Of a DNA stretch of 64,000 bases, positions 11,423 to 25,810 are shown in pieces. The stretch comes from Mobula hypostoma. Its lineage: Eukaryota. Positions within the stretch are counted from its first letter, which is position 1; each line of letters opens with the position of its first letter. Both the position numbers and the translations under genes were made by a program. Location: assembly GCF_963921235.1 (NCBI RefSeq), contig NC_086097.1:36334001-36398000 (forward strand), in the 5' to 3' direction. The notes beneath the pieces were generated by a model. It worked only from the letters and a program-made list of their open reading frames with translations. It was not told the DNA's origin and made no database searches.

Positions 11423-12779
11423 CAATTCTAGGAAGCAGGTATGTATTTCATTAAATATCTTTATAAATGTGGTATTTTTTTTAATTTTCAGACAAACTTC
11501 TGTGCTCAGTTGCTAAAGAACAATGTAAAGATCCAATAGGAAAAAACCACTAAAGATTTGATCGAAGCATGTACAAGAACAAAAGAATGGATTCTTCAGC
11601 ACCCTCAACAATCTGACGCCCAAGAAACAAATGGAGGAGATATAATTAACCACAAAGAGGCAATCAGGATGTGATGGAAAAACACTTGGACATTTCTCAA
11701 ATGGGACTATCATTTTGAGTCCATTCCAAAACTTCTGGCACGTGGATGAAAGAAAAATAGAGGGTTATGGTCTGTGTAGAAGGGAAGGTTTACATTGATC
11801 GTGGAGTAGATTAAAAGTTTGGCACAACATCAAAGGGGCCATACTGTTCTATGTACCTAGTCCAGCCTTTTCACCACTGCAGACAGACAACGGAGGCTGA
11901 AAAAGTCTTCGAAAAATTTGCCAATTCACGGACAGGACACCTGGAATATAATGTTGTCCCTGATACAACAGAGGGAAGAGCAGAACAAAGTCCTAAAATA
12001 CCCTCACACTAACCCCATCAATCACATCCTGCCCTATTTTCAGCAATGCCAGCAGATCCCACGTTTCATCAGCTACCCAAAAACCCATGAGAGGAAACGA
12101 GTTGTTTTCAATCCCAAGGGATTGCCTAAGAGATGGTGGTGACTAAAGAGATTTTAACTGAAACATCAACTCAATAGAACTGGGAAGAAAAAAGAATCCA
12201 ATTGCATAGAACAAGATGGCACTGGGATACATCTACATCTCTTCCAGGATTCTGAGAGTGATTATAACTGGGAAATTGCATGAATTTTCATGATTTATGA
12301 GAATAAATGAAACAATTATGTTTTAAACTTATCACTGATCTATGACTGAAAACTATTTTAAACTGGCTATAGAACAAGGGGGGGAAAAATTCTCAATTTT
12401 AGATCCAGGACCACTATTCAATATACAGATGATAGAAATAAATATATAACAGAAAGGAATCAAAATACATAGTGAAAATAACTGCCAAAGCAATTATCTA
12501 TTAGCTCAAATGCAATCGAATGAACTTGATGGTTGTTGATTCCAACAATTAACCTCCTTTCCTAATAACAACCTTCCAAATAGCATTCAAATACAGGACC
12601 TTACTTCTAAAATGTAAACAGATGAAATATTCGTACAAACTCTTACCAGGGCTTCTAAGAATGAAACAGCGATCTGTCCTACAACAGACAATGATGAAGG
12701 TGGGCCTCAATCAATGTTATTTCAGAGTTCTCTGAAAGACGTCAAAGAGAATCAACTGATCAAATCCTAGAGGGGTTGA

Positions 12780-13960
12780 GACATTGGTAACTAGAATAGG
12801 CATGCCACATTTTCACATGACAAATAGCATCCAACTCATGAAAATTTGACCAAAGATGCATAGGACAAAATAGCCAAAAATACTGACAGAGAGGGTCGTC
12901 AAACATTCACGCTTATTTGGGATTTATTAAGTTGGGATAACACTAAGACTTGTGCTACATGTGTAGTTAACATATTTGCTATAGACTTGGAGGATTCTGA
13001 TTCACAATCCAAATTTCACTCTTTAGCAAGACTTGACAAACATTCAAAATACAGTAATCAGAAAGTAAATATACACAGGTTGCAAGGAAGAGTATTAAAT
13101 TGGATCCAAATTTGACTCGCTGACAAGAAACAGAGGGTAATGATAGACATTCTTGTGAGCAGGTGATTTGGCACTGCAGAACTCTGCTGCTCAGTATCTG
13201 GTACTGAAGCATGATGACAACTTTACAGATGATAAGAAAAAGTTGGGTAAAGAAAACCCATTTAGAGTAGTGCAAGAAGTGCAATCAGGGAAGGAAATAC
13301 TTAATAAATGGAAGCACTGCAAGAAGCCTGAAGTAATATATGTCCACAGATCCTAAAATGGAGCACAGGCCAATAGGTGGCCATAAAGGCATATGGGATG
13401 TTTTCCCATTATTAATGCAAATACAGATATCAGAGCAGGGAGGTTATTCTTGAACTGTATGCAACTCAGATTGCCACAGGTTAGGTTTTTTGGTAACCAC
13501 ATAGTAGATAGGATGCAAATGCACTGGAGAGGGGGTAGAGGCAATTAACAAAGATGTTGCCAGTACTGTAATTTTCTAAGTTAATGGGGGAGAAAAAAAA
13601 CTGGTGAACCAGGAATGTCTCCTTTGGAACAGAGGAGGCTGAAGAAAGACTTAATTGTACACACTCAGTTATTAGGGTCCTATACAGAATAAATAGTGGG
13701 GGCACATTTCAGTGGAGAGGTCAAAAGAAACACAGAAGCAGCACATATTTCAAAAGGGTTTGCAAGATGATCATGTTGTTTCTCTTCAGAGTGTGTCAAA
13801 AGTCTGAAACTCAAACTGGTAAAAATGATAAAGACGGAAACCTTATTTAAAGTGCCTGGATATGTAGTGATTAAAGTGCAACAGGGAACTAAACTGGATA
13901 ATTTCCTCTTGCTCTTGACAGACATGAGGGGTCAAACAGACTACAAATCAGATTTTCTGT
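12780..13960 (+). mobile_element. Old decayed CR1 ORF2 fragment
   Basis: Remnant RT-region motifs in the same order as in the better CR1 copies in this window. Confidence 0.6.
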
Positions 13961-14957
13961 GATTCTTTATTTAATCAACTAATTGAATATATAACCCAAG
14001 TTGAAATTGCCCTAAAGTACCATTAAATTACGTGACACAGCTACACAACTAATGCAAGTTGACACAATTTAAAGGTGTATTTTCCCTCCTGATACCATCA
14101 CCCTTTCACTTTTTGGGACAGAAAATTCAGAATAAATTTTTCAGACTTCAGTTGCAGACAACCATCTAAATCCTTAGATTTAGTGGAATGTGGTGCTGAG
14201 ATGAATCTATTATTAAATTAATAGAACACATCCAAGAATCAGAATCTGATTCAAACCAGACACTGATCTATCAATTGCTAAAGCAGACCCCTTCACTAGC
14301 AGCCTTACTTTCTGAAACATCTTTACTTGTTATCACCTTCCTCTTCTCCTTTAGATCTACCAAAAGAAAAAATGCACCTTAAAAGTTCAAATTGTGATTC
14401 AATTTTTAATAACATTTAAATATCATTGGTTTTTCAAAACATAATATTTATATCTAACAAACTGAGTAAGTGCAAGCAACTGAATAATTATTAGATTGAC
14501 TTAAAGAACCATCAGCAAGGAAAAGCCATTTCAGTAATTGACACACACTAGAATACTGAAAATGGGTCTAAGTGTAACATGCCAAAACTACCAAATGTGA
14601 TGAAATCACCAGAAGGCATATTTAAAAACTACATTTCTCATTTAAAATTTCATAATGAGTCTGCAGATAATGTTATTATTTTCTTGTTTTATTGACCAGA
14701 CCTGCTAAACTTCAAAGGTTTAACACAGTAAAAATTTGCATACAATAGAAATGCATAATATGTTTGGTAAATCAATTAGATACATGTGCTGTGTCTTATG
14801 AGACTTGTATATCAAGAATCAATCTGAAGGAAATAGATGAAAAGTGGAAGTATAAATGGATTTACATTTATGCTTTATTTGTACTAAAGTCACCTCCCCC
14901 ACAATAAAACAAACATATTTGTCTAGTGTAGTGGTCACCAACCTTTTTAAGCCCAAG

Positions 14958-15803
14958 TACTGCACAGAGTCTTGTCACCTTCAGAAGTTTTCTGATGACT
15001 CTGCCATAGTTGGATGCATCAGTAAGGGACATGAGGCTGAGTACAGGGCTACGGTAGGAAACTTAAAAAGACTAAGGAGCTGGTGGTAGACCTGAGGAGG
15101 GCTAAGGCACCGGTGACCCCTGTTTCCATCCAGGGGGTCAGTGTGGACATGGTGGAGGATTACAAATACCTGGATACACGAATTGACAATAAACTGGACT
15201 GGTCAAAGAACACTGAGGCTGTCTACAAGAAGGGTCAGAGCCGTCTCTATTTCCTGAGGAGACTGAGGTCCTTTAACATCTGTCGGACGATGCTGAGGAT
15301 GTTCTACAAGTATGTGGTGGCCAGTGCTGTCATGTTTGCTGTTGTGTGCTGGGGCAGCAGGCTGAGGGTAGCAGACACCAACAGAATCAACAAACTCATT
15401 CATAAGGCCAGTGATGTTGTGGGGATGGAACTGGACTCTCCGACGGTGGTGTCTGAAAAGAGGATGCTGTCCAAGTTGCATGCCATCTTGGACAATGTCT
15501 CCCATCCACTACATAATGTACTGGGTGGGCACAGGAGTACATTCAGCCAGAGACTCATTCCACCGAGATGCAAAACTGAGCGTCATAGGAAGTCATTCCT
15601 GCCTGTGGCCATCAAACTTTACAACTCCTCCCTTGGAGGGTCAGACATCCTGAGCCAATAGGCTTGTCCTGGACTTATTTCCTGGCACAATTTACATATT
15701 ACTATTTAATTATTTATGGTTTTATTACTATTTAATTATTTATGGTGCAACTGTAACGAAAACCAATTTCCCTTGGGATCAATAAAGTATGACTATGACT
15801 ATG
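14958..15803 (+). mobile_element. Rex1/Babar-type LINE 3' fragment nested in the hAT element
   Basis: LQKFSDDSAIVG and ORF 15083-15661 (YKYL...KKGQSRLYFLRRLRSF...SFLPVAIKLYN); AATAAA plus (tatgac)n tail. Confidence 0.9.
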
Positions 15804-16108
15804 ATCCCCTACCACGACCTCAGTGAAAGGCAAGATATACCTACTAAATCGTTTAGAGAAAAAAACAGCTCAGATTGTACTTCCAATTCGAGGCCTTTTA
15901 TTTGGGCTAATTGCATTTGAATTACACAAAATACATCTGTCAAACTGTCAAATTAATTCAAACAAGAAATCACTAATTAGCATATCAAACAGGCCATAGC
16001 TGTCTTATTTTAAAAATATTACAATACTTCACATCTTTAATTCTAAGTTTCATTATTTAATTTTATTTCAACACAAAAAAATAAATGAATAAAAATTGAC
16101 TGTTGCAC

Positions 16109-17070
16109 TCAGTGTGATGACCGGGGCTGAATACATTCTGCTAGTTCCCTGAAATTTGGCTCATAACAATGGACAGCCAGTCTGAGACAGTCTGTGAGGT
16201 GTCTGTCAGTAAAACAGCTCCTGTACTTAGATTTAATAATTTTCATCTGTGAAAATGCATTTCACATAGATAAGTTGACCCGAAGTAGGAACTGACTTTT
16301 AGCGCTATAAAACCAACACGCACACCGTGCATTGCTGGGGCCCCATCAGTTGTAATTGCCACCAGTTTATGAATGGGCATGTCATTTTCATGGACATATT
16401 TTTAAAACTCACTGTAAATATCCTCACCTCTCGTTCTCTCCTTTAATTGCAAAAGAGTGAGGAAGTCCTCCTTTGTTGTAAAATCCTGGAAAGCCATTCT
16501 GACAGATACAACAAGCTGAGCTGTTTGCATTACATCCAGGGATTCATCGAACTGTAGTGAAAAATATTCAAAGTGACAAGTCGATCCACGAACCCTGACC
16601 TTGACTCTACCCTCCTCGTCACTGTTGCAGGGCCAAACGGTATATTATGTATCGCAGTTGTAACGTAGTTTTTGTTTTTAAAGTCATTAAAAAGTCTCTG
16701 CGGTAATGGTCATTGCTTCCTTGAATAAATCGCCATCTGTAAAAGGCTTCTTGTGTTTAGCCAAAAGGTGACTTACACAAAATGATGCTTCAATAGCAGC
16801 CTTATTTTGAGCAGCATGTTTTGTGAAAAAGGATTGCTGGGCCTTCAATCCAGATTTCAGCTCAACTTTCCTGGCACGAATTGCGCTCTTTGAAAGGTAG
16901 GGGTCTTTAAGTTTGTGGTGCCGCTCCAGATTCCCTCTTTTAGTCAGTGCTTGTGTTTGGTGGCACAACATACATACACACTTGCCTTTCACCAAGGTAA
17001 ACAGAAATTCCTCTTCCCATTCTGGATGGAATTTGTACGTTTTCGCGTTCTTTCATAGAGCCTCCGCCAT
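16109..17070 (-). pseudogene. hAT transposase pseudogene (GTF2IRD2/Buster-like)
   Basis: Zn-finger start (KFHPEWEEEF...CVCMLC...NLERHH), KPFTDG, TDGAPAM and C-terminal FGSTYLCENAFSQMK...SSH*; early stop, frameshifts and a large central deletion. Confidence 0.9.
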
Positions 17071-19299
17071 GCTATCAGGATATCACGAGCAAGTGCTGTA
17101 TATTGATGTTTGCAACAGTCTGTACTCTTATCTAATCTAATTGGTCACTTTGATGCAGCACAAGCTACGCTGAAAACGCGGTGCATGGTGGGGCAGCTAC
17201 ACACATGCGCACTGGACAGAAATAACAGAACTAAAACCCCACAACCCGGAAACAATCTCTCTTTACAAACAGCTTTCAGTAGCGAAAGTATTGCTATAGT
17301 ACTATTATCCTAATTAGTATTACTTTTTTTAATATAATGCTCACATTACAACAGTATTTGTGTATTTATTTTTCATTTCTTTTTCAGTATCTACTGGGAA
17401 AGCCTCAAAGTTCGACCGGTCAATCGTGATCGACGGGTTGGCGACCACTAGTCTAGTGCCTCTATGCAGCACGCCATTCGAAGAAGGCAATTCACAAGTG
17501 TCATCAATAAAAAGAAGAAAAATTAAACAGGGGTTTAGTAAGGGAATTTCAATGGCAGATGAAATAATGGAGATTAAAAATGCCTTGAATTAGAAGTACG
17601 GATAGCAAAGTTAGCAAAGTAACTGACTAAGTTACTAAGTAGGCAAGAGATGAATGTATTGAAATAGAAGTGAAATTAAATGATTAAGGGTTTTAGTAGC
17701 AAATGAGCTAGAGTAGGATTTAGTGATCTTAAGTGATGGCAAGATAAACACTTGGAGGCTCAAGCTCAAATATTGCATTGTATTTGCAAGATGGCAATTT
17801 GCTGCCTGGGAGGGTGCAAAATTTAAGGGGGTCAGTGTTTGATAATTGGTGGACTACAAATAAAAGTTATACTGGCCAACACATCACCAAAGAAACAATG
17901 GAAAGAATACTTAATTATGCCATTGTTAGCAATGGATAATAACTTTAATCTGTTCCCGAGCCTACATCCTTATTGTCTGAAAAATGAATAAAATGAATGA
18001 AGTTATAGGGCTAGCTCTGCAAATCAAATTCTAAGAATTTAAAGAATCTTTGTTCAACAAGGGAGAGAAGAGTTAAGCTACTCTGCAGTTCTGCATTCCT
18101 CACTTTCAGTGGGAAAATTTGCATTCTGTAGATGGAAGAATTTGTCATTCCTATGATAGGATATCTGTCTGATATCTTCTTTAGACCAATAAATATTCTT
18201 TAAAAATTGACAGAGCCAGAAAAAAGCAAAATAATTAAAATGGACTATAGTAATATAAAAGATTTTCCTTGCGTACTAAGCTTGAACCAATGCCCTAGTC
18301 TACAAATGGACAGGAAACCTTTATTAATATATTTGGGAGTAATAATCTTATTTTCAGACCAGAACTGACAGTCAAAACATTTGAACTTCAAAAGAAATCC
18401 TGACTGCTCAAAACACGCAACGATTTGAAAACAGCCAGTAAACAAAATCATGTTAAATATAGAACAAAGCTCTTCGAAGTTTACTCAGATGGCCATTAAT
18501 AATGTCAATATGCGCAAAGTGTGATTTAATAAAAACTACTGGAATCTCACTAATTTCACACTTATATAGGAAGATGATATTCAGTCAATCAAATCCATGC
18601 TGGTTCCCAGTTCAGTACTATTCTCCTGTAACCTATTCTTATTTCATCAAATGCACCACATTTCCCCTACCAACACAGATGTCTGGATAATTTACAATAA
18701 CCATTTAACATATCAACCAGCACATGTTTGAGATTTGTAAGAAAACTGATACACACAGGGGAAAACTGAAGGATAGGACTGAATCCATGTTGCTGGAGCT
18801 GCAAGCCACATCAAGTAGTGTCTTATATAGAAACTGCGTAAATAATGACATCATTTATACCCCTTGGCTATTGTGCAAAGATAGATGCTTACCTTCATTG
18901 CCAATGACAGAGGAAGCCATATCAATATGTGCTGGTTGATATGTTAAATGGTTAGCAAACGCTTCCATCCACATTGCAGAGTAAGTTCATTTTTAAAACA
19001 AGATCAACCAAGAAATCTAGAAGTTGAAGCCCATTGTCCGAAGCTATGGATCTAGGAGTCTGATGCCCACTGTGACAATTGGAGGTCCGTTATCCACGTG
19101 TCTGCTGGAGGCCCAGAGGCCTGCCCTATGGTTGGAGGACTGTCTGTTTGGGTGGGCAGGTAAGAAGAAGGGACTTGTTTTGCTTATTGTATTCTGTGTT
19201 GTTCTTCCAAGCATTGTGGGTATGCTTTGTTAGTGACGCAATCAGGCCACAGTTGCAGGCTGCCCCCAGCACATCCTAGGCATGTTGGCTGTTAACACA

Positions 19300-19735
19300 C
19301 AATGACACCACTCTTGGGGTGGAGAAGCAACACCACATATCCTGTCTAGGTGGCGCCCAACAAAAAAAAGTTATGGGTTTTATATCCTGCTTGGTGATTT
19401 TTTAAAAAACATTGATTTCTCCTTCCAGTATTTTTTTCCTTTCTGTTTTTCCTCTCCCCTCTTCTATTCCTCACTCCCCCAGGTGACCCTACTTCATCCC
19501 TTTCTCCTATGGTCCATTCTCCTCTCCTATCAGATTCCTTCTTCTCCAGCCCTTTACCTTTCCCACTAACCTGGCTTCATCCTTGTCCTCCTTCCCCTCA
19601 CCTTTTTTATTCCAGTGTCTTCCACTTTCCTTTCTAGTCCTAATGAAGAGTACTGGTCCAAAACATTGACTGTTTATTTATTTCCATCGATGCTGTCTGA
19701 CTTGTTGACTTCCTCCAGCATCTTAGGTGTGTTGT
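19300..19735 (+). mobile_element. Penelope-like element 3' fragment with decayed hammerhead motif
   Basis: GIY-YIG C-terminal remnant (EKQHHISCLG), pyrimidine tract, and agtcctaatgaagag...aaaacattgact at 19636-19671. Confidence 0.75.
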
Positions 19736-22700
19736 ATCTGCACAATCTCCTTGGTTTACGCATTTCACTGTATGCTTCAATGTGTATATGATAAATAAAT
19801 TAGTCTAAAACTGATCTGAATCTGCATACAGCTACAGGCAGCACCTTCAGATTAAAAAACAAAGTGTTAATAGTCACTGGAACAAATCTGAAAAATAGTA
19901 AACTGGGAACTGGATGTGGCCCAATGTCAAATAAAAATAGGTCTAAATATTTCCAATATTTTCTATGCACTTGTTCAATATAAAATACAAACGTTTGTAA
20001 ATTCAAGTAAACAAATATTTAGCATTCTCCCAATCCTCAAATTTTATCTCTCAAAACGATTAAAATTGTACCATAGTAAAGCTCACTGCAAAATGATAAC
20101 AAGCTAAAATTAACTTAGTGGCAAAAAGGTATAAAGAGTACTGAAATGTTAGTTTACTGCAATTTCCAATAGTGGTATCTTTTATCATCAGCATTCCAAT
20201 CAATTTTTCCATATTTACATAATCTTACCACTCTATCAAAGTCATTAGTAGTGGAGAAGTTTGGTTATTTCTAAACACCAGACCACATTTCACTTGCTGA
20301 CCATCCTTGCTCAATGCCCTTTACCCTAATACAGGCACATCTACAACCTGCATACCCTTCAACTTCTAAAAATCCTTTAATCTGTAATATTTAAATCCTG
20401 ATTATCCTTGGGTTGCAGCAAATCTCTGGAAGGCTTTAAGATCAACCTCTTTAAATATCTGTTCTATTTCAATGCCACATGAATTTAGACACATGAAATT
20501 TCACTAATATAACTTTGTTGATGCATACTTCTAATTCTTTTAAACCCTTGTGGATTTTTTCCTCTTCAATCCAGTTGAAGTTCCCCACTCCATCTACCCT
20601 CTCGGCAAAGTACAGGTGTCTCTCCATTTAGGTAAAGATGTTTTACATGTAGAATCTTCATTATTTCAACATTGGTCCTAGAAATCTGAGACCATCCCTT
20701 CTACATCATTCCTCCAGTCAAGCACTGAAAATGATACTCTAGCTCTCTTTGGACTGACGACAGTACCTCACTGGGAGCAATCTAGAAATAAATTAAAATG
20801 CAAGGAAAATATGTACATGTGTTAATTTCCAAACTTGATCATGATGATGTTAGACATCTTTAATTTACTCCATAGCACATAGTGTCATTGGAAAGGAATG
20901 TATTTCAAACGTTTTTGAGAATGGGGATAATCCATGAGCTGTTGGTTTTGGTCAAAGACTCTCTTTCAGCAATGATGGACGTCCATGTTGGGATGGTGCC
21001 CAATTTGGAAAGGAACTTGCAGGAAATAGTATTCCAAATGCCTCTTCGAGGCAGTAAAGATTTGTAAAGTTTTGCCAAAAATCAGTTTGGTGAATAGCTG
21101 CATTTAATCTTCCAGGACATTCACCCGAGGCACAGTGGTACTGCAGAAATAGTACTGGACTATCAGAGTGTGGGATAAAATTGTGTAGATGGCTTTAGCC
21201 TGGATGAAGTTAAGCTTTGACTGTTATTGAAATGGGACTTGTGAAAAACATAAAGAACATTCCATCATTCCCCTAATTGCACTCTCAAGATGACAAGAAG
21301 ACTTTCTGAAGTCTGGAAGCAATTTTCTATATGCACAACATTTAGAATTTGGTGTGCTTTGGTAATGAAAATGGATTATTTTTATTTATTGTACCAATAT
21401 CTGCCATACATTTAAAGGCAAAGTAAACACCCCAAGTGTTAATTTTGTGCCAATAGCTGAATGCAGGCAACCTCGACAGTATGGGGGGGGGGGGTCGTAG
21501 AAAACAGATAGTTGTGTTTTTTATAATAAAGGGGAACTGAAAACAAATTAATTTTTTGATGATTTATTTACCTTCTCACAAACACAAATACTGACAGCGA
21601 ATTTTAATCTGTATCTCAAATTTCTTGGTAGTGATTTGTAAATTCTACATAACCATAAAAGATGAATTGAAACAGATCTACAACTCCTAGAAAAGATAGG
21701 GATGGGTGTAATGTCCTGGAAAAGGGAGCAAAGTGGTGTCATTCTGGTTTAACTAATTTCAGCAATGGCAACTCCAAGGACATTTAATTTTTCTCTTGCT
21801 CACAGTTAATCAGCCAAGATTCTGATCCAAAGAACTTTGTCTAAACCTGCCATCTAGAGATTAGGCTAAGGATCATGAAAAGAATACCATACTATTTCCA
21901 ATTCATCCCAAATATACAATAGCCAATTAACTCGAGGCTCTGGCCACACATCCACAAAGAAAATGACTTCCTTCAGCAAAGAGCTAGGGAGAAAATGTAT
22001 CCAATAGTCCTAGAATCTTTAATGCAACATAAAATAAATGCTCAGGAAAATACATACATGCTCTCCAGTGATCAACAAGTTCTGAAGTGATTCATAATTC
22101 ATCTCATTCAGATGCATGGATGAATTTCTTCCAATTTCATCCAAAATAAGACATTTCAATAGCATATTTACTTGAATTAGATATCTTAACACTCAAAAAT
22201 GCCCAAATATCAATTCTAAAGAGCAAGATCCCAAAAAAAACCTTTAATAGTTAGAAAGGCAAGTACAACCAAGTAAACTTTATGATTTTAACATTGCTTA
22301 ACAGGACACACATTGGCAGAAAGGCAGTTGATCTTATAATCACAAACTGTTTTCTGGGATCAGCGTCTCCCTCTATCTGTTTATGTTTGAAGTATCTTGC
22401 ACTGTTAACATTAATGAATAAGATTCTTTCCAATTTCTTATTTAAGTTTCATATACAAGGGAAATGCAAACTACTAAGTCAATGTTTATATATGCTCACT
22501 GACAATAAGAAGCACCGCTTTCATAAAAGACAAATTATATCACTGAATGCATGTGAAACTTTTGGTGGAAAATGGGAAGATCAGTAAAGTCACAGCATTT
22601 TGCTGGTTTGGGGACCTTCCAAAGGTAACCTCAAACAGTGGAACTACAGGACCAAGAAAGAAGGACGAAGAAGGAGGGTCTCCAACGTCCATCCCAGCTT

Positions 22701-22809
22701 CAGACTAAAGCGCTGAATGCAACAGCACTCTCCTCCTAGAACTTTCAAAGCGATGGAACAAACAGATATAAAAATGAACTCTGCAACATATTCAGTTTGG
22801 TTCTTTAAG

Positions 22810-23335
22810 GTTGTCATAGCTGGGGAGATGGAGAGGATAATAGGGTTAAGCTCCCACTACCTATTAAATGTTCCCAATGGACTGCATCTCAAATAGCCTC
22901 TGACAACCAAGTCTAGCTCCTGGTCTTCATAACTACTAAACCTGGTGGAACCATTTCTAACAAAAAAAGGCAAAGGTGGATGACTGGTGCCTTAAAACCA
23001 GTTGCTTCGGGCAGATGGGACTCGTCAGCCGTAGTTGGCAGTTCATCAAGAAGGAAAACTGATCTCAAACATTCACTGTTCTATAGTTATACCCACTCCT
23101 AGGAAAGGCTTTGGGAGTAAACCCCGAAGAAAATTCCAGAACTGGAGTCCATTTGTTGAGTTCAACACCTATTGGGAACAACTGCAACACCAGTGGTGGC
23201 CAACTGTACCATCTCTGCCATTCGTTTGGATTTATTGGCTGCGTGGAGAAGAGGAAGCTGCTGCATGGGCTTGCGGATTGTTTAGACAGCTAGGATGCAA
23301 CATCCAACTGTCAACCCTGACCAATGAGGACCTCA
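22810..23335 (+). mobile_element. Non-coding retroelement (probable RTE-related non-autonomous family), copy 1
   Basis: Collinear similarity with the reverse complement of 61535-62021; RTE-like gggcagatggg...gaaggaaaact motifs. Confidence 0.65.
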
Positions 23336-23773
23336 TTACAGCCTCACCACCATCACAGATTAAACGCCTGCAGTCTAGTACATATATTATGTCCATGTAT
23401 GGAACAATACACCAACATGAAGAGTAAGCCTTTAATATTCACTACATTCACCTCCCAAAATGTCTTTTCCATTACAGTAGATAACTGAGGTGGTATCATA
23501 TAGATAATAGATGTCAGGAAAACAAACTATATTCAAACAAAAACATCCGTGGTAACAGAAACAAAGGTCGTAAGAAAACATAATTATGATCCATGAAAAT
23601 CTGAATTCTAAGACGTTAAGCAATAAAATTTCACAAGGCCTAAAACTAGTAAAGTTCCAAAGTGCAATGATTAATCATCACCATTTAAACATTTGTTTTT
23701 CTTAGGTTAAGTGAGTGTATACCAAAACACAATGATGTCTCTGTGAGAAACTTATAATCAACTCTTGTTAACT

Positions 23774-25810
23774 TAAGACCATAAGACACAGGAGCAGAAT
23801 TAGGCCATTTGGCCCATTGACTCTGCTCTACCATTTAATCATGGCTGACCACTCCCTGGCCTCTCCCCAAGACTTTTGCTGCCATGTTCAATTAAGAACC
23901 CATCAACCCTTGCCTTAAATACACCCAATGATCTGGCCTCTACAGCTGCCTGTAATTAACAAATTCCAAATTCACCACCCTCTGGCTAACGCAATTTCTC
24001 CACATCTGTTTCAAATGGACGGCCCTCTATTCTGAGGCTGTACCGTCTTCTCCTAGACTCCCCCACCGTGGGAAACATCCTTTCCACATCTACTCTATAT
24101 AGGCCCTTCAACATTCAAAAGGTTTCAACAAGATCCCCCCTCAACCTTCTAAATTCCAGCGAGTACAGGTCCAGGGCCATTAAGCACTCCTTGTATAATC
24201 CTTTCATTCCCAGAATCATCCTTGTGAACCTCCTCTGAAACCTCTCCAATGCCAGCACATCTTTTCTTAGATGAGGAGCCCAAAACCGTTCACAATACTC
24301 AAGATGAGCCTGACTGGTGCCTTATAAAGCCTGAGCATCACATCCCTGCTCTTCTATTCTGGACCTCTTGAAATGAATGCTAACACTGCATTTGCCTTCC
24401 TCACCACCAACTCAATCTGCAAGTTAACCTTTTAGTTGTTCTGCACAAGGACTCCCAAGTCTCAGATTTTTGGATTTTCTCATTTAGAAAACAGTCTGCA
24501 TACTTATTTCTATACCAAAGTGCATGACTGTGCATTTTCCAACATTGTATTTCATTTGCCACTTTTTTGCCCACTCTCTGTATCTGTCTAAATCATTCTG
24601 CATCCTACCCGTTTCCTCAACACTACCTGCCCCTCCACCAATCTTCATATCATCTGCAAATTTTGGCAACAGAGCCATCTATTCCATCATCCAAATCATT
24701 TATATACAGCATAAAAAGCGGTCCCAACACCAAACCTGCAGAACACCACTAGTTGTTGGCAGCCAACCAGAAAAGGATCATTTTATTCCCACTCGCTACC
24801 TCCTACCAATCAGCCAATGCTCTAACCATGCCAGCAACTTTCCTGTAATACCATGGGCCCTTAACTTGGTAAGCAGCCTAATGTGTGGCACCTTGTCAAA
24901 AGCCTTCTGAAAGTCCAAATATACAATATCCACTGCATGCCCTTTATCTATCTTACTTATAATCTCCTCAAGGAATGCCAAGAGGTTCGTCGGGCAAGAT
25001 TTTCTCCTAAGAAAACCATGCTGACTTTGTCCTATCTTGTCCTCTGTCACCAAATACCATAACCTCATCTTTAACAATTGACTCCAACATCTTCCCAACC
25101 ATTGGGGCCAGGTTAACTGGTCTATAATTTCCTTTCTGCTGCCTTCCTCCTTCCTTAAAGAGTGACATCTGCAATTTTGCAGCGCTCTGGCGTCATGCCA
25201 GAGTCCAATGATTTTTGAAAGATCATTACTAATGCCTCCACAATCTCCACCGCTACCTCCTCAGAACCCTACACTGCAATTCATCTGGTCCGGGTGACTT
25301 ATGTACCCTCAGGTCTTTCAGCTTTTTGAGCACCTTCTCCCTTGTAATATTAACTGCCCTCACTTCTCTTCCCTCACACCTTTCAACATCTGGCACACTG
25401 CCAGCGTCTTCCACTGTGAAGACTAATCCAAAATACTCATTTAGTTCATTATTTCTCCAGCCTCATTTTCTAGTGGTCCTATATCCATCCACTCTCATCT
25501 CTCTTTTAAATTTTTACATACTTGAAAAAGATTTTACTATCCACTTTGATTTTGTTTTCCAGCTTGCTTTCTTATTTCATCTTTTCCCTCCAATTGATTC
25601 TTTTAGTTGTTCTCTGTAGGTTTTTAAAAGCTTCCCAATCCTCTGTCTTCCCACTAATTTTTCTGTTGTATTCCCCCTCTTTTGCCTTTACACTAACTTT
25701 GACTTCTCTTGTCAGCCACAGTTGTACTACTTTGCCATTTGAATATTTTTGTTCTTGGAATATATCTATCCTGCAGCATCCTCATTTCCCCCAGAAACTC
25801 ATGCCATTTT
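23774..25810 (-). mobile_element. CR1 LINE, 5'-truncated, decayed
   Basis: ORFs 24796-25098 (QHGF...VYLDFQKAFDKVPH) and 24484-24678 (KFADD...WQMKYNVGKC); (taagacca) tail at 23774. Confidence 0.93.

Larger units (their letters stand above)
14929..17450 (-). mobile_element. hAT (Charlie/Buster-type) DNA transposon, internally deleted, carrying a nested LINE
   Basis: 15-bp TIRs TAGTGGTC(A/G)CCAACC; perfect 8-bp TSD gtctagtg at 14921-14928 and 17451-17458; transposase remnant on the minus strand. Confidence 0.95.

Noticed and set aside
14029..14040. TACGTG followed by ACACAG, like the EPO enhancer HRE
   Set aside because: Spacing differs from the EPO element and an isolated 6-mer is expected by chance in 22 kb.
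22600..22790. Possible alternative first exon of HIF1A in intron 1
   Set aside because: No convincing minus-strand ATG plus donor in the required phase.
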